The notes beneath the pieces were generated by a model. The model was not told the DNA's origin. It saw nothing but the letters and a program-made list of their open reading frames with translations, and searched no databases. Positions 18,332 to 27,254 of a DNA stretch of 64,000 nt are shown one piece after another. The stretch lies in NCBI RefSeq assembly GCF_003991155.1, contig NZ_CP031297.1. The stretch is one strand, 5' to 3'. Both the position numbers and the translations under genes were made by a program. This DNA comes from Escherichia coli (GTDB lineage Bacteria; Pseudomonadota; Gammaproteobacteria; Enterobacterales; Enterobacteriaceae). Numbering within the stretch: position 1 is the first letter of the stretch; each line of letters begins with the position of its first letter.

Positions 18332-19276
18332 TTGGGGTACGGGATGGAACAAGCAATTCAAAGTTACTTGGCTGACGACCGGCAATATCAAGACAGGATT
18401 ACCGCAGCTCTCAGCCAGGTTGAAGAGAAAGGTGCAGAGTACGAAGCTCTTTGCCAACAGCGTGCTCAGTTGGGGATCTGGCAAAAAATTATAACGTTCT
18501 GGCAGTTTCGTCGAGACATCGCCGTTATACGTTCAGCACTAAAAGGCCATAACAGCGATTTGCGGTATTTGCGCCGTGGGAGAGACCAGCTCAAAGAGGG
18601 ATTGGTTTCTCGGGCCGTGAAGCAAGCGATTGACGGTAGCCAGATTCTGGAACGAATCACCCAAGCTCAAGATAGGCTTGACGCCGCATCTCGACTCCAC
18701 GAGAGCAACAAGCGACTGGTGGACATGGGGCAAAAAGCCTTACGTGAAATCAGTGAGGCCTCTTCCAGTATTTCATCAGCACAAACAATGGAGGTTCTCG
18801 ACCTTGTGACTGACAACAAGGGCATTTCCGTCATGTCGTCGATGTCAAACTCCTCGGCCAGCAGTGAAATAGACGATGCGAAGAGAGCTGTGAAAGCCTT
18901 CGCAAATGCGCTGGGGGATCATCGTGACATTGTGGGCTCACTGCACCACTCAATGGCAACTGAGTTTATCGATCTGGGTATGGACTTTGCCGGTTTGAAT
19001 GATGGTTTCGACTTTGGGAGCGTCTTCTCGCTGTTCAGCTTGTCGTCTGCCAGTTCCTCTCTGGACAAAGTAGAGTCTCGCGTTGAATCTCTGATGCCAG
19101 ATCTAAGACGAGCCGCCTCCAATTCGGCAGCAGAGTATGCCCGTGTTAACGAAGAGTTCTTTGGCCTAAAACAACAGGCCTGTTGCCAAGTGCATGAGTT
19201 GCTGGTGACAAATGGTATAGACGTGTCAGTCAAGCGCGTTGAGTCCGCCGTGAACAGCTACAGAGTTGGAAGGTGA
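18332..19276 (+). CDS. hypothetical protein (coiled-coil-rich)
   Basis: 314-aa ORF. Confidence 0.45.
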   Translation: MGYGMEQAIQSYLADDRQYQDRITAALSQVEEKGAEYEALCQQRAQLGIWQKIITFWQFRRDIAVIRSALKGHNSDLRYLRRGRDQLKEGLVSRAVKQAIDGSQILERITQAQDRLDAASRLHESNKRLVDMGQKALREISEASSSISSAQTMEVLDLVTDNKGISVMSSMSNSSASSEIDDAKRAVKAFANALGDHRDIVGSLHHSMATEFIDLGMDFAGLNDGFDFGSVFSLFSLSSASSSLDKVESRVESLMPDLRRAASNSAAEYARVNEEFFGLKQQACCQVHELLVTNGIDVSVKRVESAVNSYRVGR

Positions 19277-19277
19277 T

Positions 19278-19307
19278 ATTTACAGCATCATAAAATGAAC
19301 TTATGAT
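19278..19307. promoter_or_regulatory. 28-bp palindrome family copy (TTTACAGCATCATAAAATGAACTTATGATG)
   Basis: Upstream of AAA+ ATPase gene. Confidence 0.5.
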
Positions 19308-19349
19308 GTGAGGTGATCAACAAGTCGAAATTTATTTAAAGGATAAGCG

Positions 19350-20813
19350 ATGAGCGATATTACACAGCAAATGGACAAACTTGAGATTCCAATCAAGTTG
19401 TCCTTTCCAGTCATCAACGTTAGCACTTTTGAGCTGGGCCGTGCAGAGAGCGTTTTCTCTGACATTGCAAAGAAAGTCGGCAAGCACTTTATTGTGATGC
19501 CATTCAAGAAGCTGCCCGATCCAGGCACGATGAAGGCAATGGTGGACGAGTCCAAGAAGTCCTCCAAAAACGGTGTTGTCGTGTTCGACACTTTCTTTTT
19601 CGACCGACAACGTGCAAACCCGGAAACACTCCCAGCCCTCAAGTCATCACTGACCTATCTGGAGAATGAGGGGATCAACTACATCATCGCTGGCAAAGAC
19701 GTCTTCAATGAAGAGTTCGTTTATCACATCGATCTCCCGGCTATGAGCAATCAGGAAATCCTGAAACTGCTCCAGACCTGTGAAGATAACGTGAAAGATG
19801 GTGGAGTCTTCGAGAGCAACGAACGTGCTGTCATCGCAAACCACGCCCTGGGCTTGTCACACACCCAGATGAAGAACGTCTTCACCTATTCCGCTTACTT
19901 GAAATTCAAGGGTGAAGAATACCTGGGCGAGATCCGAAAAGAAAAAGCTCACATCTTGCGTGATGTCGGCCTCGATGTGCTTGAGGCCATTGATATTGGG
20001 AATGTCGGTGGGCTCGAAAACCTCAAGGAGTTTCTCCAGATACGTAAAGCCGGTTGGGACAAAGACCTTCCGGTAAAAGGTGTCCTTCTGGCCGGTGTAC
20101 CTGGTGGTGGTAAATCGCTGACGGCAAAAGCCGCTGCCGGTGTACTTGGCACTACCTTGGTTCGCCTGGATATGGGCCGTTTCTATAGTAAGTATCTCGG
20201 TGAAACCGAGCGCCAGTTCAATCGTGCATTGCAGACCATTGAGCAGATCGCACCCGTTGTTGTGTTGATTGACGAGATGGAGAAGTTTTTTGGTAATGCC
20301 GATGGCGAACACGAAGTATCCAAGCGCCTGCTGGGCTCTTTCCTCTACTGGCTTCAAGAGCGCAAGAAGAAGATCTTCATTGTGGCGACGGCCAACCGGG
20401 TTCAGTCGCTGCCTCCTGAATTGATGCGAGCTGGCCGCTGGGACCGAGCATTCTTCATTGATCTGCCAAGTGTGGCTGAGCGCCAGAAGATTTTCGAGAT
20501 CCACCTCGCCAAGCAGAAGGCCAACATCGCCGCGTTCGATATGCCTACGCTACTGCGTACCACCGAGGGATACACCGGGGCAGAGATTGAACAGGCCGTC
20601 ATTGACGCGATGTATCTGGCGAACGCTCAGGACAAAGAGCTCAACAATGAAGCGCTGGTGGATGCGGTCACTCGCATTACCCCGACCAGTGAAACTCGCC
20701 GAGAAGACATCAACCAGATTCGCAGTTTGCGGGATCAAGGCTTCTATCCGGCCAATAACTTCGATGTTCAAGAGCAGAATGGCTCTGGACGAAAACTCGC
20801 CATCGAGGACTAA
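19350..20813 (+). CDS. AAA+ ATPase, classic clade (Ycf46-like)
   Basis: 487 aa; Walker A GVPGGGKS, Walker B VVLIDEMEK, SRH ATANRVQSLPPELMRAGRWDRAFFIDLP; ~230-aa unassigned N-domain. Confidence 0.8.
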   Translation: MSDITQQMDKLEIPIKLSFPVINVSTFELGRAESVFSDIAKKVGKHFIVMPFKKLPDPGTMKAMVDESKKSSKNGVVVFDTFFFDRQRANPETLPALKSSLTYLENEGINYIIAGKDVFNEEFVYHIDLPAMSNQEILKLLQTCEDNVKDGGVFESNERAVIANHALGLSHTQMKNVFTYSAYLKFKGEEYLGEIRKEKAHILRDVGLDVLEAIDIGNVGGLENLKEFLQIRKAGWDKDLPVKGVLLAGVPGGGKSLTAKAAAGVLGTTLVRLDMGRFYSKYLGETERQFNRALQTIEQIAPVVVLIDEMEKFFGNADGEHEVSKRLLGSFLYWLQERKKKIFIVATANRVQSLPPELMRAGRWDRAFFIDLPSVAERQKIFEIHLAKQKANIAAFDMPTLLRTTEGYTGAEIEQAVIDAMYLANAQDKELNNEALVDAVTRITPTSETRREDINQIRSLRDQGFYPANNFDVQEQNGSGRKLAIED

Positions 20814-20874
20814 GCGATTAACTTTGTCATGCCGGAACACGGCATGACCCCCGAAACAACTCAGGAGTGATGAG

Positions 20875-21267
20875 ATGAGCCATATCGTAAAAGGCAAGGT
20901 GCAGGTCGCCTACAAAGACAAAGAGCTGCTGTTGAAGGCTCTGGAGGGAGTTGGCGTCGTTGTTGAAAACGAAAAGCTATACCGCGTGGGCGCTGGCTAC
21001 ACCTTCGAGAAATACCCGATTGTTCTGATCGACCAGAACAACAAGGAGCACCGGATTGGCTACAAGGAAAAAAACGGTGTTTGGGAGCAGTACCAGGAAA
21101 ACTACGGCTCTTATGGCCGCTGGACGCAGCAGGCAAGCAGCAAGGTGCAGGATCGCTACATTGCCTTCCACTACGAGCAGCAGTTGAAAGAGGAAGGTTT
21201 CAGCGTGACGGTGAAGCAGCATCACGATGGCACTTTGGAACTGGAAGCTGAGGAAGCTGTTTGGTAA
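20875..21267 (+). CDS. small conserved protein, DUF1257-like
   Basis: 130 aa; N-terminus MSHIVKGKV..LLLKALEGVG resembles DUF1257 as I recall it; own RBS. Confidence 0.5.
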   Translation: MSHIVKGKVQVAYKDKELLLKALEGVGVVVENEKLYRVGAGYTFEKYPIVLIDQNNKEHRIGYKEKNGVWEQYQENYGSYGRWTQQASSKVQDRYIAFHYEQQLKEEGFSVTVKQHHDGTLELEAEEAVW

Positions 21268-21315
21268 TAGCGCCAAGGCAATCAGATTAGTTGAACTTAA
21301 CGACGAGGTGACAAA

Positions 21316-21510
21316 GTGAAAAAGGTAAACATCAAGATCAAGGGCGGCAAGATTGCTGCCGATTTCACGGGGTTTCAGGGTAAGACCTGTGAAGCGCTGG
21401 AGCAGCGTATTCGCCCGGAAGAGCTCGAAGTCGAAGAAAAAGAGCTGAAACCCGAGTACCACTTCAATGCTGGTCAAACCCAGCACGAAACGGAACAGAA
21501 CGAATGGTGA
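21316..21510 (+). CDS. small conserved protein, DUF2997-like (GTG start)
   Basis: 64 aa; MKKVNIKIKGGKIAADFTGFQGKTC; RBS GAGGTG. Confidence 0.45.
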   Translation: MKKVNIKIKGGKIAADFTGFQGKTCEALEQRIRPEELEVEEKELKPEYHFNAGQTQHETEQNEW

Positions 21511-22688
21511 TGAGAAGGACAGGGCGCGTCCCCCTTCTTTTGCTGGTTGGTCTCATGGTCGCAGCTCCTGCGGCCTTTGCCAGTGACTTTGTGACTGGCG
21601 TAATGGTGGGGCAAATGCTCTCAGATGACTCAGGCAGCAAGAAGGTAGAGGACACTGGCCCGGAGAGCAAAACGGTCATTGATTACCATGACGGTCAGCC
21701 AGTTGTGACCAAAGTGGAGGCCTTCAAAAGCAATAAATGGCGCAAACTGGATGGCCCTCAGGGCGGCTATTTTGTTTGCCCAGGTGAATACCGTAGCTAT
21801 TCGGGAAGGCTGCGTTGTCGCGTCCATGATGACGGGCTCAATGGCTTTATGGGCGGTATGACTGATGCTCAGGAGCTACCGCTCCAAGAAGCTCTGACCA
21901 AGTTGGAAGGTAAACCCATCTCCCTGCAAACCATTGAAGTCCACGGGAACAACCTGGCAGTCAAATACCAGTTAGCACCACCAGCACAAACGCACGTCAA
22001 AACTCAGGACCTGGGGGTGGTTAAGCAAGATGGTGAAATGCAGAAGGTTGCCAGCCAACCACCAGCGCTATCCATAGAGACTGCACCAAAGAGTGAACCT
22101 CCCAAGCAGATTGGTGCTGCACAAGACACCGACCGCAATACCAGTGCGTTTCAAAGTCCGTTCGAGGAGGTAAGTGACTCCATGATCGGTCTAATGGATA
22201 GCTCTTTCGTCAAAGTCATAGCGGGGTTGATGCTGGTGTTTGGGGTTGCTAGTGGAATTATGAGGCAGAGCCCATCAGGAATTGTGATGGGGATAATGCC
22301 TGCAATTATGATCATGACCGCGCCAACGGTTATTCGTACCATGTTCGATACAGGCGCGGCCAGTACCAAGCCAGTGGAAGATAGCGGAAGCTCATTTCCT
22401 TTCTTCTTGGTGGCAATAGTGCCGGTGCTGATTTTCTTTGCCTATAGAGCTTTTATGAACAACCGGAGCGACTCCGAAATTGATGAGTTGTTAAGAGAAG
22501 CCCGACGTGCTGAAAGGGCTGAACGACCAAGCAATGAGCCTCCCTCAGTGGATGAACTCCGTGAGCGCCAGCAACAAAACCCAGAAAGAGAACCGGTGGT
22601 TGTCAGCTCATCAGCTCCGGCACCAAAGGTGCAAAAGGAAGAGCCAATCGAAGTACAGCCAGGCAAGCGCAAAATTATTTTGGATTAG
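21504..22688 (+). CDS. membrane protein with periplasmic N-domain and cytoplasmic tail ending PIEVQPGKRKIILD
   Basis: 394 aa; signal peptide, ~200-aa periplasmic region, hydrophobic segments, charged tail. Confidence 0.55.
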   Translation: MVMRRTGRVPLLLLVGLMVAAPAAFASDFVTGVMVGQMLSDDSGSKKVEDTGPESKTVIDYHDGQPVVTKVEAFKSNKWRKLDGPQGGYFVCPGEYRSYSGRLRCRVHDDGLNGFMGGMTDAQELPLQEALTKLEGKPISLQTIEVHGNNLAVKYQLAPPAQTHVKTQDLGVVKQDGEMQKVASQPPALSIETAPKSEPPKQIGAAQDTDRNTSAFQSPFEEVSDSMIGLMDSSFVKVIAGLMLVFGVASGIMRQSPSGIVMGIMPAIMIMTAPTVIRTMFDTGAASTKPVEDSGSSFPFFLVAIVPVLIFFAYRAFMNNRSDSEIDELLREARRAERAERPSNEPPSVDELRERQQQNPEREPVVVSSSAPAPKVQKEEPIEVQPGKRKIILD

Positions 22689-22699
22689 TGGGGTAGGTT

Positions 22700-23047
22700 A
22701 TGAGCAAAAAGCGCATCGTAATCAAAAATGGTGAGGTCTGCGGGTTTGCCGATGAGGTTTCCTTCAAAGGCCTTGAAGTGCAGGAATACAGTAAAACAAG
22801 GGTTTCGCGCATCGTGCCGACGAGCGGCATTCTAATGATTGCGTTCTATGTTATTCGCGGACTTTGTTCAGACGAGTCAAAGATTGCGGCATGGACTCGT
22901 GTTTGGCGTTGCCAGTGGAAGGTGCTGATCGACGGTAAAAGCTATGGACCATTCAGCAGTCGTGCGGATGCTATCTCGTTCGAGAAGGACGAGATCTACA
23001 AACAAGGCAAATTCTTTGCCGATGCCACTCACGAGGCGGCAGTATGA
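22700..23047 (+). CDS. hypothetical protein
   Basis: 115-aa ORF. Confidence 0.4.
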   Translation: MSKKRIVIKNGEVCGFADEVSFKGLEVQEYSKTRVSRIVPTSGILMIAFYVIRGLCSDESKIAAWTRVWRCQWKVLIDGKSYGPFSSRADAISFEKDEIYKQGKFFADATHEAAV

Positions 23048-23472
23048 TGACACGGGCGGCTATGGCCGCGCTGTTATCCGCGTTGGTAATAGGCCTTGTG
23101 TCTGATTTGTCCGCACAAGAGCTGGTGGTAAGCCAGGTGGCTATAGACAAGTCCACTGAGGTGGAGAAAGAAGCTACCTTCCACAACCGCAAGTGGGTGT
23201 TAAGGACGGGGCAGGTTAGTGGATTCTTCATCTGCCAAGGAGATAACAAAGACATTTACTACCGGCATGACAGGGTGGGCGCTCACTGCCAGAAGACATC
23301 GACTGGGTGGCGCAATGTACTGGGTCTCAGGGACGATGTTCCGGAAGTTGAGCTGAGCGTGTACCTGGGGACCGTTGAAGGTGTCCCCGTGAAAGTCCTT
23401 CATCAGGAAGTGGATGGTTACGATCTGAAAGTGCAGTACAAGGTTGCACGTAAAGGGTCAGCAAATGAGTGA
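23044..23472 (+). CDS. secreted hypothetical protein
   Basis: 142 aa; signal peptide MMTRAAMAALLSALVIGLVSDLSAQ. Confidence 0.45.
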   Translation: MMTRAAMAALLSALVIGLVSDLSAQELVVSQVAIDKSTEVEKEATFHNRKWVLRTGQVSGFFICQGDNKDIYYRHDRVGAHCQKTSTGWRNVLGLRDDVPEVELSVYLGTVEGVPVKVLHQEVDGYDLKVQYKVARKGSANE

Positions 23473-24028
23473 GAGTGTGCGTCGGTCAACGCCGATGGTA
23501 AAGATTAAAATCCTGCCGAGTTTCGTAGGGGTTCCCTTCCCGTCGGTGCTACTTATCGTTGCGGGGCTCCTTAATGGCCCTTTGTGGGGCTTTGCCGCAT
23601 TCGTCTTTCATATCGTCATCAAGCGGTACATCTACAGAGAATACCGGAGGTTGCCATATCCGATGCCAACCGGCTCAAGGCCTATGGATGAGTTGAGCGA
23701 GCTCCTTGTAAAGGGGATACCGGAGGAATTTTTCCGGCGGCTTGACGCAGCTTGCAGCTCTGATGCGTCAGTACAAATAACCTGCCCAAAGAAATACCGG
23801 CTGCTCAAAATGTCGTTGAATCGCTATGCCAACCGCGCTGGTTGTTACCCGCAGTTCCGGGAGGGGGATGAAATAGCGATTGAGGTAACAGAGCAGAGAC
23901 CAAGAAAAGCAGGAGCAGGGAAGGGCTTTCCAAGTATTCAAGTTCTGAAAGCGTCAGAGGGTGTTCTGAGTGAACCGGAGCAGCCTATCGAAATTCAGAA
24001 AGATAAGCGCAAGATTATCTTGGATTGA
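23465..24028 (+). CDS. membrane protein with C-terminal tail PIEIQKDKRKIILD
   Basis: ~187 aa from ATG 23465; N-terminal TM helices; tail paralogous to 21504..22688. Confidence 0.5.
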   Translation: MSESVRRSTPMVKIKILPSFVGVPFPSVLLIVAGLLNGPLWGFAAFVFHIVIKRYIYREYRRLPYPMPTGSRPMDELSELLVKGIPEEFFRRLDAACSSDASVQITCPKKYRLLKMSLNRYANRAGCYPQFREGDEIAIEVTEQRPRKAGAGKGFPSIQVLKASEGVLSEPEQPIEIQKDKRKIILD

Positions 24029-24039
24029 GGTGGGTTGGA

Positions 24040-24609
24040 ATGCGGTCATTTTTATACAGAATATTGCTTCTTTGCTTCGTCATTATCGTCCAGATAGGGC
24101 TAATCGCCATTGATGCGAGCCCGTTGGTTGTTGCTATGTTCCTCTCGCTAACAGCTTTAGTCGCTGGGGTCTGGATGGCGTACCTTCATTCCCGATTTTT
24201 GATGGCGGTGACTCCAGTAGTTATCTCTGTGCTAATGGCGACCCTCGCCATGAAAATGTTTGAGCCGAGACTCTTTGTTTCTGCCAGCGAAAAAGGCTGG
24301 TTCCCTTTGTCATTGTTCGTCTCGATACCGTTTTACTTCTACTTGAGTTACTTGCTTGAGATAGAGGAGAAGAGACGTACATTCCGGGCCAATGTGATTG
24401 GGTTTTTGCGTGGAGTTTCGGAAGAGATCCGTCGTTCAACCAGAGAGCATAGAGATCAAGGTGAGATAAGACACGGTGGAACAGAGCTGGGGAGTATTGA
24501 CGAACTACAAAGGGGCGAGGCCAAAGAGCCAGAAGTCATCAGCTCTACATCGGACCAGAAAGAACAAGGCACTCCCAAGCGAGACAAGAGAAAAATCATT
24601 CTGGACTGA
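24040..24609 (+). CDS. membrane protein with C-terminal tail KRDKRKIILD
   Basis: ~189 aa from ATG 24040 (RBS GAGGTG); several TM helices; same terminal motif. Confidence 0.5.
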   Translation: MRSFLYRILLLCFVIIVQIGLIAIDASPLVVAMFLSLTALVAGVWMAYLHSRFLMAVTPVVISVLMATLAMKMFEPRLFVSASEKGWFPLSLFVSIPFYFYLSYLLEIEEKRRTFRANVIGFLRGVSEEIRRSTREHRDQGEIRHGGTELGSIDELQRGEAKEPEVISSTSDQKEQGTPKRDKRKIILD

Positions 24610-24611
24610 AC

Positions 24612-25157
24612 ATGGAACAAATCAGAAAAGGCTTAACCCTCGAATACGCAAAAGAGAAGCGTGAGAAGCTCTTGGCGGAGCTCAAATCAGATGAACACTA
24701 CAGCCAGACTGAAACAGTAGCCTATGGGCACCACGACCCGCTCAGCGTTCCTGTGGCAGCCTGCGATAGTTGTCATGGCCGGGCGCAAATGCAGAAGGTT
24801 ATAGGTCCTCCTGTGCGCTGGAATATGGTCTGCCTGGGTTGTGGGAAGGCGATCCAACAAATCCAGAAACGACCGTGGCAAGCAGCAATGGCGTGGAACC
24901 AAATTAACTTGGGAACACAGGACTACAGACAACTGCCCCTCTTTGGACTTGGGAGTCTGTCTCCTGAATCAGCAAGACAGAGAATGGTGGGAATACGCAG
25001 GAACCTGGAGCTGAGAAAGAGCCTCGCCGGTATCGAGAGGACGATAGCCCACAAGGAAGGTCAACGCCCACCAGGGAAAGAGTACCAGCAACGACTGGAA
25101 GCATATCTGCAATGGGCCATGCTGGCGCTGAGGTTGCTCAAAGTCAAAGCAAGTTAG
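24612..25157 (+). CDS. hypothetical protein with Cys4 zinc-ribbon-like motif
   Basis: 181 aa; CDSCHG ... CLGCG. Confidence 0.45.
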   Translation: MEQIRKGLTLEYAKEKREKLLAELKSDEHYSQTETVAYGHHDPLSVPVAACDSCHGRAQMQKVIGPPVRWNMVCLGCGKAIQQIQKRPWQAAMAWNQINLGTQDYRQLPLFGLGSLSPESARQRMVGIRRNLELRKSLAGIERTIAHKEGQRPPGKEYQQRLEAYLQWAMLALRLLKVKAS

Positions 25158-25176
25158 TGGTGAGAAGGAAGAGAGA

Positions 25177-25206
25177 ACCCGGTACTGTAAAGCGCCGGGT
25201 TTTTTA
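25177..25206 (+). terminator. rho-independent terminator
   Basis: ACCCGG...CCGGGT stem followed by T6. Confidence 0.5.
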
Positions 25207-25216
25207 TGCCGCCCTG

Positions 25217-25244
25217 TTTACAGTATCAAAAAGTGATGCTATAA
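25217..25244. promoter_or_regulatory. 28-bp palindrome family copy (TTTACAGTATCAAAAAGTGATGCTATAAA)
   Basis: Upstream of ParB-like gene 25274. Confidence 0.5.
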
Positions 25245-25273
25245 AGTGAGCAAGTCACAAGGAGAACCAACGA

Positions 25274-26212
25274 ATGGCTGTTATCAACTCACTCCGCGCT
25301 CTCAAAGGCGTAACCGCCCCCGAAGAACTGAAAAAAGGGGATGGATTCACTATCTCTCCTCAGCTTCTGCTGGAGGAAGAAGGGTTTAACACCCGTGGCG
25401 CTTTCTGCGAGGACTACTACGAGCGCCCGGACATCAAAGCTGGTATTCGAGTGCTGGCCGATGCTTACAAGCGTGGCGACTATGTTCCGCCGATCATCGT
25501 CAAAGTTATCGACGGAAAGGTGTATGTCCGTGAAGGTCATCGCCGTCGCCGCGCCATCCTGCTTGCTATAGAGGAAGGTGCCGACATCCAGTTCGTGCAG
25601 GTCGTAGAGCACAAGGGCGATGAAGCCGAACAGAGCCTTCTGATCGCCACCAGCAACGATGGGCTCCCTCTTTCTCCACTTGAGCGAGCCGTGATCTACG
25701 CTCGGCTTGCAAACTGGGGGTGGAGCGACCAGATGATTGCCCAACGTGTTGGCCGCTCGGCTGAGCACGTTCGTATCGCCCGTGCCCTTTTGGAGATGCC
25801 TCTGGAACTGAAACGGATGATTCAGGAAGGCTCTGTGGCTGCCACCTACGCTCAGGAGCTCTACAACGAGCACGGCACCAACGCTGTTGAGATCCTGAAA
25901 AAGGCGCAGGAAGAACAGGCCAGTGGCAATGACGGCAAGAAGGCCCCGAAAAAACTGACCAAAAAGTCTGTCGAGAAAGGTCCCCGCCTGGGCAAAAAGG
26001 TGGTTGAAGCCATGCACCGAGGCGTGAGCTCTATTACCAGTCGTCTGGACAACATCAAGCCGAACGATGACGGTGAAACGTTCACCCTTACCCTGAGCCG
26101 GGAAGATGTTGATGCGTTTCAGGAGCTGAAAGCCAAGCTGGCGGAGCTGGAGCCCAAAACTGACGAGTCCAATGAAGACCAGCAAGAGCTGGATTTGGCG
26201 GGTAATCAGTAA
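25274..26212 (+). CDS. ParB/Srx-domain protein (second, orphan ParB-like; KorB-like candidate)
   Basis: 312 aa; ParB N-domain motif VREGHRRRRAIL, HTH region, Lys-rich C-terminus; no adjacent ParA. Confidence 0.7.
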   Translation: MAVINSLRALKGVTAPEELKKGDGFTISPQLLLEEEGFNTRGAFCEDYYERPDIKAGIRVLADAYKRGDYVPPIIVKVIDGKVYVREGHRRRRAILLAIEEGADIQFVQVVEHKGDEAEQSLLIATSNDGLPLSPLERAVIYARLANWGWSDQMIAQRVGRSAEHVRIARALLEMPLELKRMIQEGSVAATYAQELYNEHGTNAVEILKKAQEEQASGNDGKKAPKKLTKKSVEKGPRLGKKVVEAMHRGVSSITSRLDNIKPNDDGETFTLTLSREDVDAFQELKAKLAELEPKTDESNEDQQELDLAGNQ

Positions 26213-26368
26213 TGGGGCGCTGTACTGTTGAGGATGCCATCCAGTTGCTGGAAGGGGGAACCATTGTTGCGGTCGTACCGGCGTCATCCGGACCAGATAC
26301 GCTGGTGGTTTCCTCTATCAGGCTTGAATCCGGACTGACAGTACAGTTTTCCCCTCCAGCGGCAGCCA

Positions 26369-26647
26369 GTGTCAGTGTTCAGCTCGCGGAGCTCGATGAT
26401 GAACAGTGACAAGAAATCGTCTGAACTAGCCAGACTGAGGCGTCAGCATCAGCTAGTTTGCTCTGTCATCGCAGCCTTGCTCATCTGTGCAGGTATATAT
26501 GGGACCGTTGCACGTTTGGGCTTCATCCTGATGGCGCCATTGTTTGTTATCGCCTTAGGTGTGTTAGTCGATGCGTTCCTGCCAAGGGTAAGTTGGTTCT
26601 TCTGTGTGCGGGACGTGAGAGACATATTTGGGTGGAGAAAACGATAG
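26369..26647 (+). CDS. small membrane protein
   Basis: 92 aa, hydrophobic; contains an isolated iteron copy. Confidence 0.3.
   Translation: MSVFSSRSSMMNSDKKSSELARLRRQHQLVCSVIAALLICAGIYGTVARLGFILMAPLFVIALGVLVDAFLPRVSWFFCVRDVRDIFGWRKR
26495..26514. repeat. isolated iteron copy (ATATATGGGACCGTTGCACG)
   Basis: Near-consensus iteron ~24.5 kb from main array. Confidence 0.5.
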
Positions 26648-26889
26648 TGGCGAAGTTGAAGGTTTATGGCGGGATCACTTATGGGGCCGAGGGGCAGTTC
26701 AGAACTGTCGTTGCGGCCACAAGTAAGAGCAAGGCTGCTTCAATTCTGAATATCACGATTTACCAGATGAATAGCTGGTGGACGGAGACTTTTAACAAGT
26801 ACGAGGTCGAGGCGGCGATGTCTGAGCCGGGGGCTATTTTTTCAAAGCCTCTCGATGGCAGAGACCCATTTGTAAAGCAGGAAGGATAA
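26647..26889 (+). CDS. hypothetical protein (GTG start)
   Basis: ~80 aa; GTG overlaps previous stop. Confidence 0.3.
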   Translation: MAKLKVYGGITYGAEGQFRTVVAATSKSKAASILNITIYQMNSWWTETFNKYEVEAAMSEPGAIFSKPLDGRDPFVKQEG

Positions 26890-26891
26890 TT

Positions 26892-27254
26892 GTGAGAAGT
26901 GTTTTTGTATGGTTGAAGGCCGGGGCAATACTGGCTTTCCTATTCTTCGGTATTGCTGGTGCTGTCAACCGGGTCTATTGGGTTAACAGCCAAGGTTTGA
27001 GCCAGGGGTCGATGTCATCCACATTGGTTAAAGAAAAGTTTGGCCTAGACCTTGGTGCAATGTGCCGTTATGACAAACCCCAGCATGTCGAGTTCAAAGT
27101 CCTTCCTGATCAGACAATCCAGTTCCGCTGCTCATGGTTTGAAGGTGGCGGATTAACCTGGTGGCCTTTCTACACCGAGCATGATGTAAAGAGCGCCGAG
27201 GCGACCTCTGTGCTCAATGACATATTCCAGGGTACGGAGGGGCATGATGAGTAG
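26892..27254 (+). CDS. hypothetical membrane/secreted protein
   Basis: 120 aa with N-terminal hydrophobic segment. Confidence 0.4.
   Translation: MRSVFVWLKAGAILAFLFFGIAGAVNRVYWVNSQGLSQGSMSSTLVKEKFGLDLGAMCRYDKPQHVEFKVLPDQTIQFRCSWFEGGGLTWWPFYTEHDVKSAEATSVLNDIFQGTEGHDE

Noticed and set aside
25289-26287. 332-aa minus-strand ORF overlapping the orphan parB-like gene
   Set aside because: Antisense shadow of a gene with clear ParB motifs and RBS.
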